Origin: Nitrospinota bacterium
GTDB lineage: Bacteria > UBA8248
Direction of reading: 5' to 3'
Assembly: GCA_046581755.1 (NCBI GenBank)
Contig: JAYGFR010000117.1
Coordinates: forward strand, 1 to 19,088
DNA length: 19,088 nt
The position numbers were made by a program, and so were the translations under genes. The notes below the pieces were generated by a model, which saw only the letters and a list, made by a program, of their open reading frames with translations, had not been told where the DNA came from and made no database searches. Every line of letters starts with the position of its first letter. Positions within the stretch are counted from its first letter, which is position 1. Shown in pieces: positions 1-8,121 of the stretch.

Positions 1-446
1 TCGCTCTCCCCGCCGCGGATCCGCCTTCTGCGCAGCTTCACCACCACCGCCACCCGCGCCGCGCCGGCGCTCTTGAGGAGGCTGGCCGCAAGCCGGGCGG
101 TCGTCTCGCCCCGGAGGCGGTGCAGCTTGGCGCTCCCCACCGTCCAGGGAACTGTCAGGGTAAACACGATCCGCTCCGCGCCCGCCTCGTCGATTCGCAC
201 CACCACCTGACTCGCATGCTTTGACGCATCGAGAAACGCCTTGATCTCGAGCCCGATCGCGCGGGCGGCCTTTTCCGCGGGCTCTTCGCGAAGGCGGGCG
301 GCCCGCGCCCGTAGCCTGGCCTGCACTCCGGTTCCGGACAAAAACAGCGACTCTCCCCGGAACAGAAATATCGTGAACAGCCCCAGAAACGCGGCCGCGA
401 ATATCCAGAGGAGCAAATCCTTCCGGCGGGAAAAAAGTCCACGCAT
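1..446 (-). CDS. Hypothetical protein with N-terminal membrane anchor; 3' end runs off the left edge
   Basis: Manual translation from ATG at 446 gives MRGLFSRRKDLLLWIFAAAFLGLFTIFLFRGESLF..., open to the window edge. Basic N-terminus followed by one hydrophobic helix. Starts 13 nt after the HAD gene stop on the same strand. Not in the ORF track. Confidence 0.65.
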   Translation of the reverse strand, partial: MRGLFSRRKDLLLWIFAAAFLGLFTIFLFRGESLFLSGTGVQARLRARAARLREEPAEKAARAIGLEIKAFLDASKHASQVVVRIDEAGAERIVFTLTVPWTVGSAKLHRLRGETTARLAASLLKSAGAARVAVVVKLRRRRIRGGES

Positions 447-459
447 GGGACCGGAGACC

Positions 460-1203
460 TCAGCGATCCGGGAGGGCGGGCGGCGCGCCGGGACGGGGCC
501 CGGCTTCGTCCAGCATGGACATGAAACCCTCTGGCTCCGAGAAATCGGCAAAAAGATAATCCGGCTTCGCCTCCGAGAGCGCCTCTCGCCCCACCCCGCC
601 CGTGGCGACGGCCACCACGCGCGCGCCGCAGGCCCGGCCCGCCTCGACATCATACTGGGTGTCCCCGATCACCCAGCGGACGGCCTCGGCCCCGGGATGG
701 GTTTTTTCGGCTATATTTTCGCCGCGCCGGAATCCCGCCTCGATCAAGAGCGCTCGCTCGGCGGCGTCGCAGCCGAACCCGCCGAAGGAAAAATACCGGT
801 TCAGGCCGGCACGCCCCAGCTTGATTCGGGCGCCCTGTTCGATGTTCCCCGTACCCAGGCCCAGAATTACGTCGGGCCGGATCGAGAGCGCCTCCAGAAG
901 GGCGGGAATCCCCGGCATGAGAGTAAAGGCCTCGGACTCATCCATCGCCCAGCCCAAAAGCCCGGCGTAGCGGTCAAGGAGACGGTCGCACTCCTCCCCG
1001 GTGCCTTCGCGCTTCAGGTGGGTCCGGAACATTTCCCGGCAAATTATCGAATCGGTCAAACCGTTCGGGCTGATCCCTTTCATCGCCTCCGGGACGCCGA
1101 ATAGCTCCTCGAAAGCTCCGTCCAGCGCACGCCGGCCCGCGCCCCCCGAGAGGAGGAGGGTGCCGTCCACATCGAATAAAAGAACATGAACCCGCTCGGT
1201 CAT
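460..1203 (-). CDS. HAD-superfamily hydrolase (phosphoglycolate phosphatase-like)
   Basis: HAD motifs: LLFDVDGTLL (I), LGTGN (II), K (III), VIGDTQYD (IV); 247 aa. Confidence 0.9.
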   Translation of the reverse strand: MTERVHVLLFDVDGTLLLSGGAGRRALDGAFEELFGVPEAMKGISPNGLTDSIICREMFRTHLKREGTGEECDRLLDRYAGLLGWAMDESEAFTLMPGIPALLEALSIRPDVILGLGTGNIEQGARIKLGRAGLNRYFSFGGFGCDAAERALLIEAGFRRGENIAEKTHPGAEAVRWVIGDTQYDVEAGRACGARVVAVATGGVGREALSEAKPDYLFADFSEPEGFMSMLDEAGPRPGAPPALPDR

Positions 1204-1303
1204 CTCTCTCCCATCCGGAACCCGTGCGCCGAAGGTGCGCCGGCAATTCCACCTGATATATCATGGGGTCAGATCGGGCGAAACGCTTCCATCCGGAGAA
1301 ACC

Positions 1304-2012
1304 ATGGCGGACCGAAAAATCGCTGTCGTCACTGGCGGCAACAAGGGTGTCGGGCACGGTGCCTGCCGCCTTCTGGCGGAGGCGGGCGCTCTCGTCGTCC
1401 TGACGGCGCGAAGCGAAAAACGCGGGAGAGCGGCGGCCGATGCGCTCGCGGGCGAGGGCCTCGACGTGCGCTTTCATCCGCTGGACGTGACCGGCGAGGC
1501 CTCGGCGAAGACGCTGGCGGGCTTTCTTTCGGGCGAATTTTGGCCGCCTCGATATTCTGATCAACAATGCGGCCATCCTGAACGATCGCTCGATGACCGC
1601 GCTCACGGTGGACATGAACACCCTCGCCGAGATGATGGACACGAACGCCTTCGGGCCGCTCCGGGTGAGCCAGGCCCTCGTCCCCCTGCTCAAAAAAAGC
1701 CCCGCCGGGCGTATCGTCAACGTGTCGAGCTGGTTCGGCTCCATGTCGGACATGCACGGGGGCGGCTATGCCGCCTACCGGACATCGAAGGCCGCGCTGA
1801 ACGCGCTGACCCAGATTCTCGCCGACGATCTGAGCGGAACGAACATCACGGTGAACGCCGCCTGCCCCGGCTGGGTGCGCTCCGACATGGGCGGCGGCGG
1901 CGCGCCCAAATCATGGGAAGAGGGGGCGGACACACCGGTCTGGCTCGCGCTTCAGGGCGAGGGCGGCCCGAACAAGGGGTTTTTCCAGGACCGTAAGCCG
2001 CACCCCTGGTAG
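1304..2012 (+). pseudogene. SDR-family NAD(P)-dependent oxidoreductase (carbonyl reductase-like) with a +1 frameshift; pseudogene or sequencing error
   Basis: GGAG precedes ATG 1304. IAVVTGGNKGVG is in one frame; LINNAA, YRTSK and CPGWVRSDMGG are in another. Removing one T from TTTT at 1538-1541 restores GEFGRLDILINNAA, matching the paralogue at 2397. Confidence 0.85.
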
Positions 2013-2016
2013 AGGA

Positions 2017-2379
2017 ATGAAAGAAGACAACCTGCTATCGTTCGTGGTGGATCAGTTAAGCGAAATGGGAGCGATCGAGTCGCGGCGCATGTTCAGCGGA
2101 TGGCACGTCAGCCAGGGCGGCGTTTTTTTCGGAATCGTGATCAAGGAGCGCCTGTATTTCAAAACGAACGAGACCACGCGCCTGCGCTACGAGGAGATGG
2201 GGATGGGCCCGTTCCGCCCCCGGGCCAAGGTGACGCTCAAATCGCTCTACGAGGTGCCGGTCGATATTCTCGAGGACGGCGATGAGATCGTCTCCTGGGC
2301 ATGGGAGGCCGTCGCCTGCCAGGAAGAGGCCGGCCGCAAGGAAAATCCCCCGCGCCCCCGAAAACGCAAAAAAACCTGA
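2017..2379 (+). CDS. TfoX/Sxy N-terminal-domain family protein
   Basis: 120 aa with the family pattern RRMFSG...FFGIV...LYFK...Y...GMGPF...YEVPVDILED...WAWEA. Confidence 0.8.
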   Translation: MKEDNLLSFVVDQLSEMGAIESRRMFSGWHVSQGGVFFGIVIKERLYFKTNETTRLRYEEMGMGPFRPRAKVTLKSLYEVPVDILEDGDEIVSWAWEAVACQEEAGRKENPPRPRKRKKT

Positions 2380-2396
2380 CGAAAAGGAGAATGCGA

Positions 2397-3101
2397 ATGC
2401 CCGAATCACCGATAGCGGTCGTGACCGGCGGTAACAAAGGGATCGGCCTGGAGATTTGCCGCCAGCTCGCCGCCGGCGGCGCCCGCGTCATCCTGACGGC
2501 CCGGGACACGGGAAAGGGAGAGGCCGCCCGCGACGAACTCAATAAAGGAGGCGCCGAGATTCTGTTTCATCAGCTCGATGTGACATCGGCGAAGAGCATC
2601 GGGCGGCTCGGCGGCTTCATCGAAAGTGAATTCGGGAAACTGGACATTCTTGTGAACAACGCTGCCATCCGGATCGATCAGGGAACCTCGGGCGAGAACC
2701 TCTCGATCCACACCCTCCGCGAGATGATGGAGGCCAACGTTTACGGTCCCCTGGCCCTTTGCCAGCGGCTTATCCCCTTGATCAAAAAAAGCCGGGCCGG
2801 CCGCATCGTGAACCTTTCGAGCGGCATGGCTTCTCTGTCGAGAATGCGGGGCGGCTCCCCCGCCTACCGGATCACCAAGACCGCCCTGAACGCGCTGACG
2901 GGCATCCTCGCCGACGAGCTCCAGGGCTCGGGCATCCAGGTAAACTCGGTCCATCCCGGCCATGTCAAAACCGATATGGGCGGTCCCAACGCCATCCGCA
3001 CGGTGAAGGAGGGGGCCGACACTACTGTCTGGCTCGCGCTCTTCCCCGAGGGCGGTCCCAACGGGGGATTTTTCCACGACCGCAAGCCGTTTCCCTGGTA
3101 G
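2397..3101 (+). CDS. SDR-family NAD(P)-dependent oxidoreductase (carbonyl reductase-like)
   Basis: AGGAG at 2385-2389 before ATG 2397. TGGNKGIG, LVNNAA, YRITK and HPGHVKTDMGG motifs. Paralogue of 1304-2012. Confidence 0.9.
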   Translation: MPESPIAVVTGGNKGIGLEICRQLAAGGARVILTARDTGKGEAARDELNKGGAEILFHQLDVTSAKSIGRLGGFIESEFGKLDILVNNAAIRIDQGTSGENLSIHTLREMMEANVYGPLALCQRLIPLIKKSRAGRIVNLSSGMASLSRMRGGSPAYRITKTALNALTGILADELQGSGIQVNSVHPGHVKTDMGGPNAIRTVKEGADTTVWLALFPEGGPNGGFFHDRKPFPW

Positions 3102-3215
3102 TCAAAAGGTCATAGGGGCGGAGATTCGTCAGCGAATCGGAATTCGTGTACAAATGGTTTCCGGACCTTTTATCCCGGTACCATCAGACCAATATCACAA
3201 GGAGACTGCTGGGCT

Positions 3216-3896
3216 ATGAGTGAAAACGTCCACGAGGAGATCGAGCATCTGTGCCAGGGACTATCGGGCGCGGCGGACAGGGTCGCCGAGGAGGTCGCCG
3301 ATTTTTCCGGGGAACAGATGACTTTCACCCGGGACGAGCCGGTCTGGGCGCGCTGGTCGGCCGAGGTGCAGCTCCGCCACATGGCCTGCGTTCCCTGCCG
3401 CTGGCTGCACGGCCTTTTCCGGGAAGGCCTCGAGGGCCAGGGATAGCGCCTGCCGGAGGTGGACATGGATGCCATCCAGGCGGCGGGCGGGCGCCATGTG
3501 CCCCCCGAGATCTGCCCCGATCGGGAATCGCTCACCGCCCACATGGGGATGATGCACAAATTCTGTATCGAAATTCTGGACCGCGAGTCACCCGAATCCC
3601 TCCGCGAACTCAAGTGCCTCCGCCTGGTGGACGTCGAAGCCTGGCGGGAGGATTCGCCGGAGCGGCCCATCGACCTGTGGCGGATGCTGGCCGATCTCCA
3701 CCCCTACGGCGTCCACGAGGACCCCGAAGCGCCGGGGCATTTTCCCATGGAACTGATCGCGGTCATCCGCCAGATTTACTGGGAAACGCTCGCCCACCAC
3801 CGGACGATCCAGCGCCTCAAGGGGCTTCTCGGGCTCCCGGTCCGCAGTGACCTTCCGCGCGAAGGCTATCTCACCGTTTCCAAATTCTACGACTGA
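3216..3896 (+). CDS. DinB-like (putative His-metal four-helix bundle) protein interrupted by an in-frame TAG at 3444-3446
   Basis: ORFs 3216-3446 and 3459-3896 share a frame and join to 226 codons. WSAEVQLRHMA near the N-terminus and ETLAHHRTIQRLK near the C-terminus resemble DinB-family His motifs. AAGGAG RBS upstream. Confidence 0.6.
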
Positions 3897-3905
3897 GCCC
3901 GGCCA

Positions 3906-4949
3906 TTGAAATCTAAATCGGCAAACGCCCCGAACGGCGGCGCGGAAAAAACATCCTGGTTCTCCTGGCAGGCCGGCTTGGGCCTGGCGATCACTGCCTT
4001 TTTTTTGTGGCTGGCCTTCCGGCGAATTCCGCTGGGCGACCTCATCGGCCGCCTGAAAGAGGTGGGCATCGCTCCAATGCTGGTGGCGATCTCGATCGTT
4101 CTCGCCTCGGTGGTCCTGCGCGGCTGGCGCTGGAAGCTCATGCTCTCCCCCTCGGCTCCCGGCCTCCGGAGGCGCGACGCCATCGCCGCCACGATGGTCG
4201 GATACGCCGTCAACGTGGCGATCCCCAGGGGCGGGGAGGTGGCCCGGGCCGTGTTCCTCAAAAGGATCGCGCGCACATCGCTGGCCGCGGGCATAAGTTC
4301 GGTCCTGGCCGAGCGCCTTCTCGACGTGGTCTCTCTGTGCATCCTTTTCGTCCTGACGCTGGCCTTCTACCAACACCGCCTCGACGAAATATTTCCGGAC
4401 GTGGGCCGGGCCATGTTCTTCGCGGCCCTCGCCGCCTCGGCGGGGCTGGCGGTGGCCTGGGCAATCGGACGCTACCCCGAACGGGCCGCGGGGTTGGTGC
4501 GGAGAATTCTGGAAAAAGTCTGGCCCTCGCGGGCGGAAAGATTCTCGGTCATGGGAGAGAACTTTTTCACGGGATTCCGGGGCATGTTCATCCGCGAGAA
4601 CACCGCCGGGATGATCCTTCTCTCGGTGGGGATATGGGTTCTTTATATCGCCGCGAACTGGGCGGTGGCCGCCGCTTTTTCGTCCGGAAAATTATCCTCC
4701 CTCTCGTTTCTGGACGCGGCGGCGATTACGGTCGTCGTGGCGATCTCTCTCACCATTCCCGCCCCCGGCGGAATCGGCACCACCCATTTTTTCGTCAGCA
4801 AGATGTTGACCACCATTTACGCCATCGACCCGGCCGAGGCCCTCGCCTACGCGACGCTGCTTCATCTGTCGGGGGTGATTCCGCTTCTCGTCCTGGGCGC
4901 GCTCTTCTCCTTGATTCTGCGCCCCGCCGAACCCGCCCCAGGATCATAA
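3906..4949 (+). CDS. Lysylphosphatidylglycerol-synthase TM-domain / YbhN-like flippase membrane protein
   Basis: Multiple hydrophobic helices plus family motifs RGWRWKLML, GYAVNVAIPRGGEVAR, ERLLD and IPAPGGIG. TTG start, exact position uncertain. Confidence 0.85.
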   Translation: MKSKSANAPNGGAEKTSWFSWQAGLGLAITAFFLWLAFRRIPLGDLIGRLKEVGIAPMLVAISIVLASVVLRGWRWKLMLSPSAPGLRRRDAIAATMVGYAVNVAIPRGGEVARAVFLKRIARTSLAAGISSVLAERLLDVVSLCILFVLTLAFYQHRLDEIFPDVGRAMFFAALAASAGLAVAWAIGRYPERAAGLVRRILEKVWPSRAERFSVMGENFFTGFRGMFIRENTAGMILLSVGIWVLYIAANWAVAAAFSSGKLSSLSFLDAAAITVVVAISLTIPAPGGIGTTHFFVSKMLTTIYAIDPAEALAYATLLHLSGVIPLLVLGALFSLILRPAEPAPGS

Positions 4950-5031
4950 TCCGGGTTTCCCCGCCAGCAGGGCAAATGGAGCGTCTCACCCACGTCCGGC
5001 AGCCAATACAAATCGGACTTCATTCTATAAA

Positions 5032-5078
5032 AAACAAAACCGGCGATCTTCCGTCCCGGGAAATCGCCGGTTTTGTTT
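5032..5078. terminator. Bidirectional rho-independent terminator
   Basis: Perfect 16-bp inverted repeat AAACAAAACCGGCGAT / ATCGCCGGTTTTGTTT between convergent genes, with T-rich tails on both strands. Confidence 0.85.
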
Positions 5079-5092
5079 GTCTGGTCAGGCAA

Positions 5093-5226
5093 GGACCGAG
5101 TCCCGATCTCGCAAGCAGATCCTTCGCTCTCTTCAGCCGCCTAGATCTGCACCTTAGCGCTTAAACGGAAACAATTCACCGCTGCGTTTCCTCTTCAGGA
5201 TGCCATTCCGGGCGAGGGGCCGGTCC
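5093..5226 (-). ncRNA. Candidate structured RNA (multi-stem junction), family not recognised
   Basis: Closing stem 5093-5112 / 5212-5226; internal stems GCAGATC/GATCTGC (5115-5150) and GGAAAC/GTTTCC (5167-5191); two copies of CTGAAGAG on the minus strand. Lies between the thiol dioxygenase stop and the terminator. Strand is inferred. Confidence 0.3.
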
Positions 5227-5263
5227 ATTCGGCAAGATTTGAAATACGGATTAATATTTTGAT

Positions 5264-5839
5264 TTAAACGGACACCCGCGCGTAATCCCATCCGGTTTGG
5301 AACGAGACGACCTCACCGGTATCGGGGTCGTATTTAAGGCGCGGAATCTTGGCCAGGTCGCCGCCGTAGACGTGGATTCCCACGACGGGCTCCGCCGAGT
5401 GGCAGCTCACGCGGTGAACGTCCTGGTCCGTGGTGCAGCAGACGAAAACATCGCCCGCGCTGGCGATCCGCATGCCCGAGGGCGTGATCTCGGCCCGGCC
5501 TTCCATGACGCGGGCGCCCTGGCGGCGGAAGCTCTCTTCTTTTTCCGCCCCCCGGTAGATACCGATCACCCCCCAGGTTCCGTGATCGTGAACCGGGGTG
5601 CGCTGGCCCACGTCCCAAATGCCCGCGCCGATGCTGAAGCTGCCGTCCGGCTCGATATGAATCCGATTCAGGGTGAACCCGGCCTTTTTCACGATCAGCT
5701 GATCGGCGGTGAGAAGATCGGGATCGCCGATGATCGGCTTCATGCACGCGGCCACCCGGGCGGTGATTTCTTCCTCCGTCCCGCCGGCCTTGACGATCTC
5801 GCGGACCTCCCCTACGAACCGCTCCATCGGCTGCGCCAA
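5264..5839 (-). CDS. Cysteine dioxygenase-family thiol dioxygenase (cupin fold)
   Basis: TPVHDHGTWG (HxH), DVHRV (third His) and GIHVYGGD. AGGAGGT RBS before a TTG start. Confidence 0.85.
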   Translation of the reverse strand: MAQPMERFVGEVREIVKAGGTEEEITARVAACMKPIIGDPDLLTADQLIVKKAGFTLNRIHIEPDGSFSIGAGIWDVGQRTPVHDHGTWGVIGIYRGAEKEESFRRQGARVMEGRAEITPSGMRIASAGDVFVCCTTDQDVHRVSCHSAEPVVGIHVYGGDLAKIPRLKYDPDTGEVVSFQTGWDYARVSV

Positions 5840-5919
5840 GGCCCCACCTCCTTATGCCCCGAAAATTCAGTTGAAACCCTTCTGGAACGCCCCATGATAA
5901 GAGGCAACGCCCTCCGGGT

Positions 5920-6444
5920 CTAGCCGGCCCTCCCGCGCTCATGTTCCCCGCGCTCATGTTCGATGAGGGCCGCCTTGAGCTCCACGCCCGATCCGAAACC
6001 TCCCAGCTCGCCCGAGCTGGCGATGACGCGGTGTCAGGGAATCAGGAGCGGCACCGGATTCCGGTGGAGCGCCTGCCCCACGGCGCGGACCGCCCTGGGC
6101 CGGCCCGCCTCGTCCGCCACCCAACCGTAGGAGCGCGTCTCCCCGTAGGGAATCCGCTCCGCCGCCCGGAGGACATCGCGGCTAAACGGGGTCAGGGAAG
6201 AGAGGTCCACCGGAAGGCCGAAGGACCGGCGCTCGCCCGCAAGATATTCTTCAATCTCCCGGTGGGCCCTTCTGGCCAGCTTTCCGGTGCCCCCGAGGCT
6301 GGCCGGGTCATGCTTTGCGCCTCCGGCGCCGCTGAGCATCTGAACGGCGGAGATTTTGTCCCCTGAAAGGCCGACCGAAACCTCGCCCCGCACTCGGGCG
6401 AGCCAATGGTTCGATTGGGCGGGCGTGGATACGGGTGCATTCAT
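5920..6444 (-). CDS. ogt: Methylated-DNA--protein-cysteine methyltransferase (Ogt/MGMT family), predicted selenoprotein (Sec137, PUHRV)
   Basis: IPYGETRSYG...RAVRAVGQAL.RNPVPLLIP-TGA(6034-6036)-HRVIASSGELGGFGSGVELKAALIEHE, then TAG at 5920-5922. Homology continues past the TGA, which sits at the PCHRV catalytic Cys. AAGGAG RBS before ATG 6444. Confidence 0.85.
5932..5961. repeat. Perfect 15-bp tandem duplication (EHERG x2) at the ogt C-terminus
   Basis: CCCGCGCTCATGTTC twice (5932-5946 and 5947-5961). Confidence 0.9.
6003..6020 (-). promoter_or_regulatory. Putative bacterial SECIS hairpin of ogt
   Basis: 13 nt after the UGA: CCAGCUC-GGGC-GAGCUGG, a 7-bp perfect stem with a G-initiated loop at +21. 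Confidence 0.7.
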
Positions 6445-6660
6445 GGCGCTGTTCTCCTTTTTTGAGTGCATTCTTTGAGAATCCGCCGGACGGCGGGCCT
6501 CGTTGATTTCTCTTCTGGCCGCGCGGACCATTCGGTCTCGAATCCAGCCGGACAGCGGAAGCTGGGCCAGCCCCGCCGCCTCGCGAAGAGTGTCCATCAG
6601 CTTGGGTGAAACCCGGATATTCAAGGGAAGGCTTTGAGCGTGTTTTCGATATTTGTTCAT
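6445..6660 (-). CDS. Ribbon-helix-helix-like DNA-binding domain, in frame with ogt (fusion, or separate gene if one base is in error)
   Basis: MNKYRKHAQSLPLNIRVSPKLMDTLREAAGLAQLPLSGWIRDRMVRAARREI shows an alternating beta-strand (LNIRV) followed by two helices. No stop before the ogt ATG. Confidence 0.6.
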
Positions 6661-6666
6661 GGACAC

Positions 6667-6696
6667 ATTGTAATGTAATTGGCATTACAATATCAA
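6667..6696 (-). promoter_or_regulatory. Sigma70-type promoter for a probably leaderless transcript, overlapped by a 9-bp inverted repeat (putative operator)
   Basis: Minus strand reads TTGATA-18 nt-TACAAT-6 nt-ATG(6660), with no SD. Palindrome ATTGTAATG-N7-CATTACAAT at 6667-6691 in an AT-rich patch. Confidence 0.7.
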
Positions 6697-6848
6697 GGGG
6701 CCCGGCCGCCCGCTCCTTGCGGAGAGGACATGCGCCGGATACGAAAGGCTCGCCCGCGGGCTGATCGCCGCCGGATCAATCACTACAGGGCCAATCGATA
6801 CCGGCCAGTCGAAACTGGGCCGCCTCCGGCGAAAACGCACCGTCTCCC

Positions 6849-7229
6849 CTAGCCGGAAAGCGCCGCCTTCGCCCGCGCCAGCTCCAGGACCCCGGGCGGC
6901 CGGCCCTCGGATTCGACCAGGGCGGCATCGGCCCCATCTATCTCCATCCGAAGAACCGCCTCGGCAAGCTCCGCATCCGGGGATACCCGGAGCGCCCGCA
7001 ATGAGGGAGCCTCTTCTTCCGCCAGCTCCCCCGCCATATAAAACGTCTCGGGAGCGGCGACCCGCGCGGAAATTTCATCCCCCCGAAGAAGCCCGATTAG
7101 CCGTCCTCCCTCGGCGCGGACCGCCGCCCAGGGCGCGTTTTTGCGGTTCATCGAAACCCAGGCCGCGCGCGCGTCATCCCCGGCCTCGACGATGGAAACC
7201 GCCTGCAAAAAACACTCGCGAACTTTCAT
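6849..7229 (-). CDS. CBS-domain-like protein (degenerate CBS pair)
   Basis: MKVRECF...VSIV...A...M......AAV...GGRLIGLL...VSPDAELAEAVLRM....ADAALV...GRPPGVL, a two-repeat CBS pattern. Start uncertain. Confidence 0.65.
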   Translation of the reverse strand: MKVRECFLQAVSIVEAGDDARAAWVSMNRKNAPWAAVRAEGGRLIGLLRGDEISARVAAPETFYMAGELAEEEAPSLRALRVSPDAELAEAVLRMEIDGADAALVESEGRPPGVLELARAKAALSG

Positions 7230-7302
7230 GGAATTTATTTCCCACAGTCCGGCGGGATGGCCCAAGAAGGATCATTCCGGCCGGTTGCCGCGCGGGGGGC
7301 GC

Positions 7303-8085
7303 CTACTCTCCCCGGAATACGGGCTTGCGCTTTTCCTTGAAGGCGGCGAGCGCCTCGGCGAAATCGCGGGTGAAGTTCAGGGGAAGGCGCACGGCGTTGG
7401 AAAATTCGATGGCCTGGGCCATCGACATATTCTGGGTATGGGCGATGACCTTTTTGGCCGCGCGAACCCCGAGCGGGCCGTTGGCGGCGATGGCCTCCGC
7501 CATGGCGGCGGCTTCGTCCCCCAGCCGATCGGCGGGATAGGCCCGGTTGACGAATCCGATGCGCTCAGCCTCTTTTCCGTCAAAACGCTTTGCGGTGTAA
7601 ATCAGCTCCTTGGCCAGCCCGGCGGGAATCACCCGGGGCAGCCGCACGGTCCCCCCCGCGCCCGGAAATACGCCCAGCGCGGTTTCGGGAAAACAAAGGG
7701 TCGCCTCCTCGGCGGCGAGGCGGATGTCGCAGGCGAGCGCGATCTCCATCCCCCAGCCGAAGGCGTGGCCGTTGATGGCGGCGATGGTGGGCATGGGAAG
7801 ATTCTCCCATTTCGTGACGGTTTCCATGCCGAGAAGCTGGTAGCGGTCGGCGTCCTCTTTGGTGTGGCTGGCGCTCTCCTTGAGGTCGCGGCCCGTGCTG
7901 AAAGCCCGGCCCTCGCCGGTCAGGAGGACAACGCACACCTCTTTTTCATCCGCCAGCGCACCGCCCAGCGCGTCGAACTCCTCGGCGAGGTTCATCCCGA
8001 GGGCGTTCAGGCGCTCCGGGCGGTTAATGGTCACCCGGGCGACGCCAGCTTTGAGCTCATATTTGATCTCGGTAAATTCGCGCAC
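7303..8085 (-). CDS. Enoyl-CoA hydratase/isomerase (crotonase) family protein
   Basis: VTINRPERLNAL, AFSTGRDL, AINGHAFGWGMEIALACD, FPETALGVFPGAGGT and C-terminal AFKEKRKPVFRGE; both catalytic Glu positions present. Confidence 0.92.
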   Translation of the reverse strand: MREFTEIKYELKAGVARVTINRPERLNALGMNLAEEFDALGGALADEKEVCVVLLTGEGRAFSTGRDLKESASHTKEDADRYQLLGMETVTKWENLPMPTIAAINGHAFGWGMEIALACDIRLAAEEATLCFPETALGVFPGAGGTVRLPRVIPAGLAKELIYTAKRFDGKEAERIGFVNRAYPADRLGDEAAAMAEAIAANGPLGVRAAKKVIAHTQNMSMAQAIEFSNAVRLPLNFTRDFAEALAAFKEKRKPVFRGE

Positions 8086-8121
8086 AAATCCTCCATCCGC
8101 TGGGAGCGCCGGCCGAAAAGA

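Noticed and set aside
5129..5198. CUGAAGA motifs resembling a hammerhead ribozyme core (CUGANGA...GAAA)
   Set aside because: No stem II between CUGANGA and GAAA, and no compatible stems I/III with a cleavage triplet could be built.
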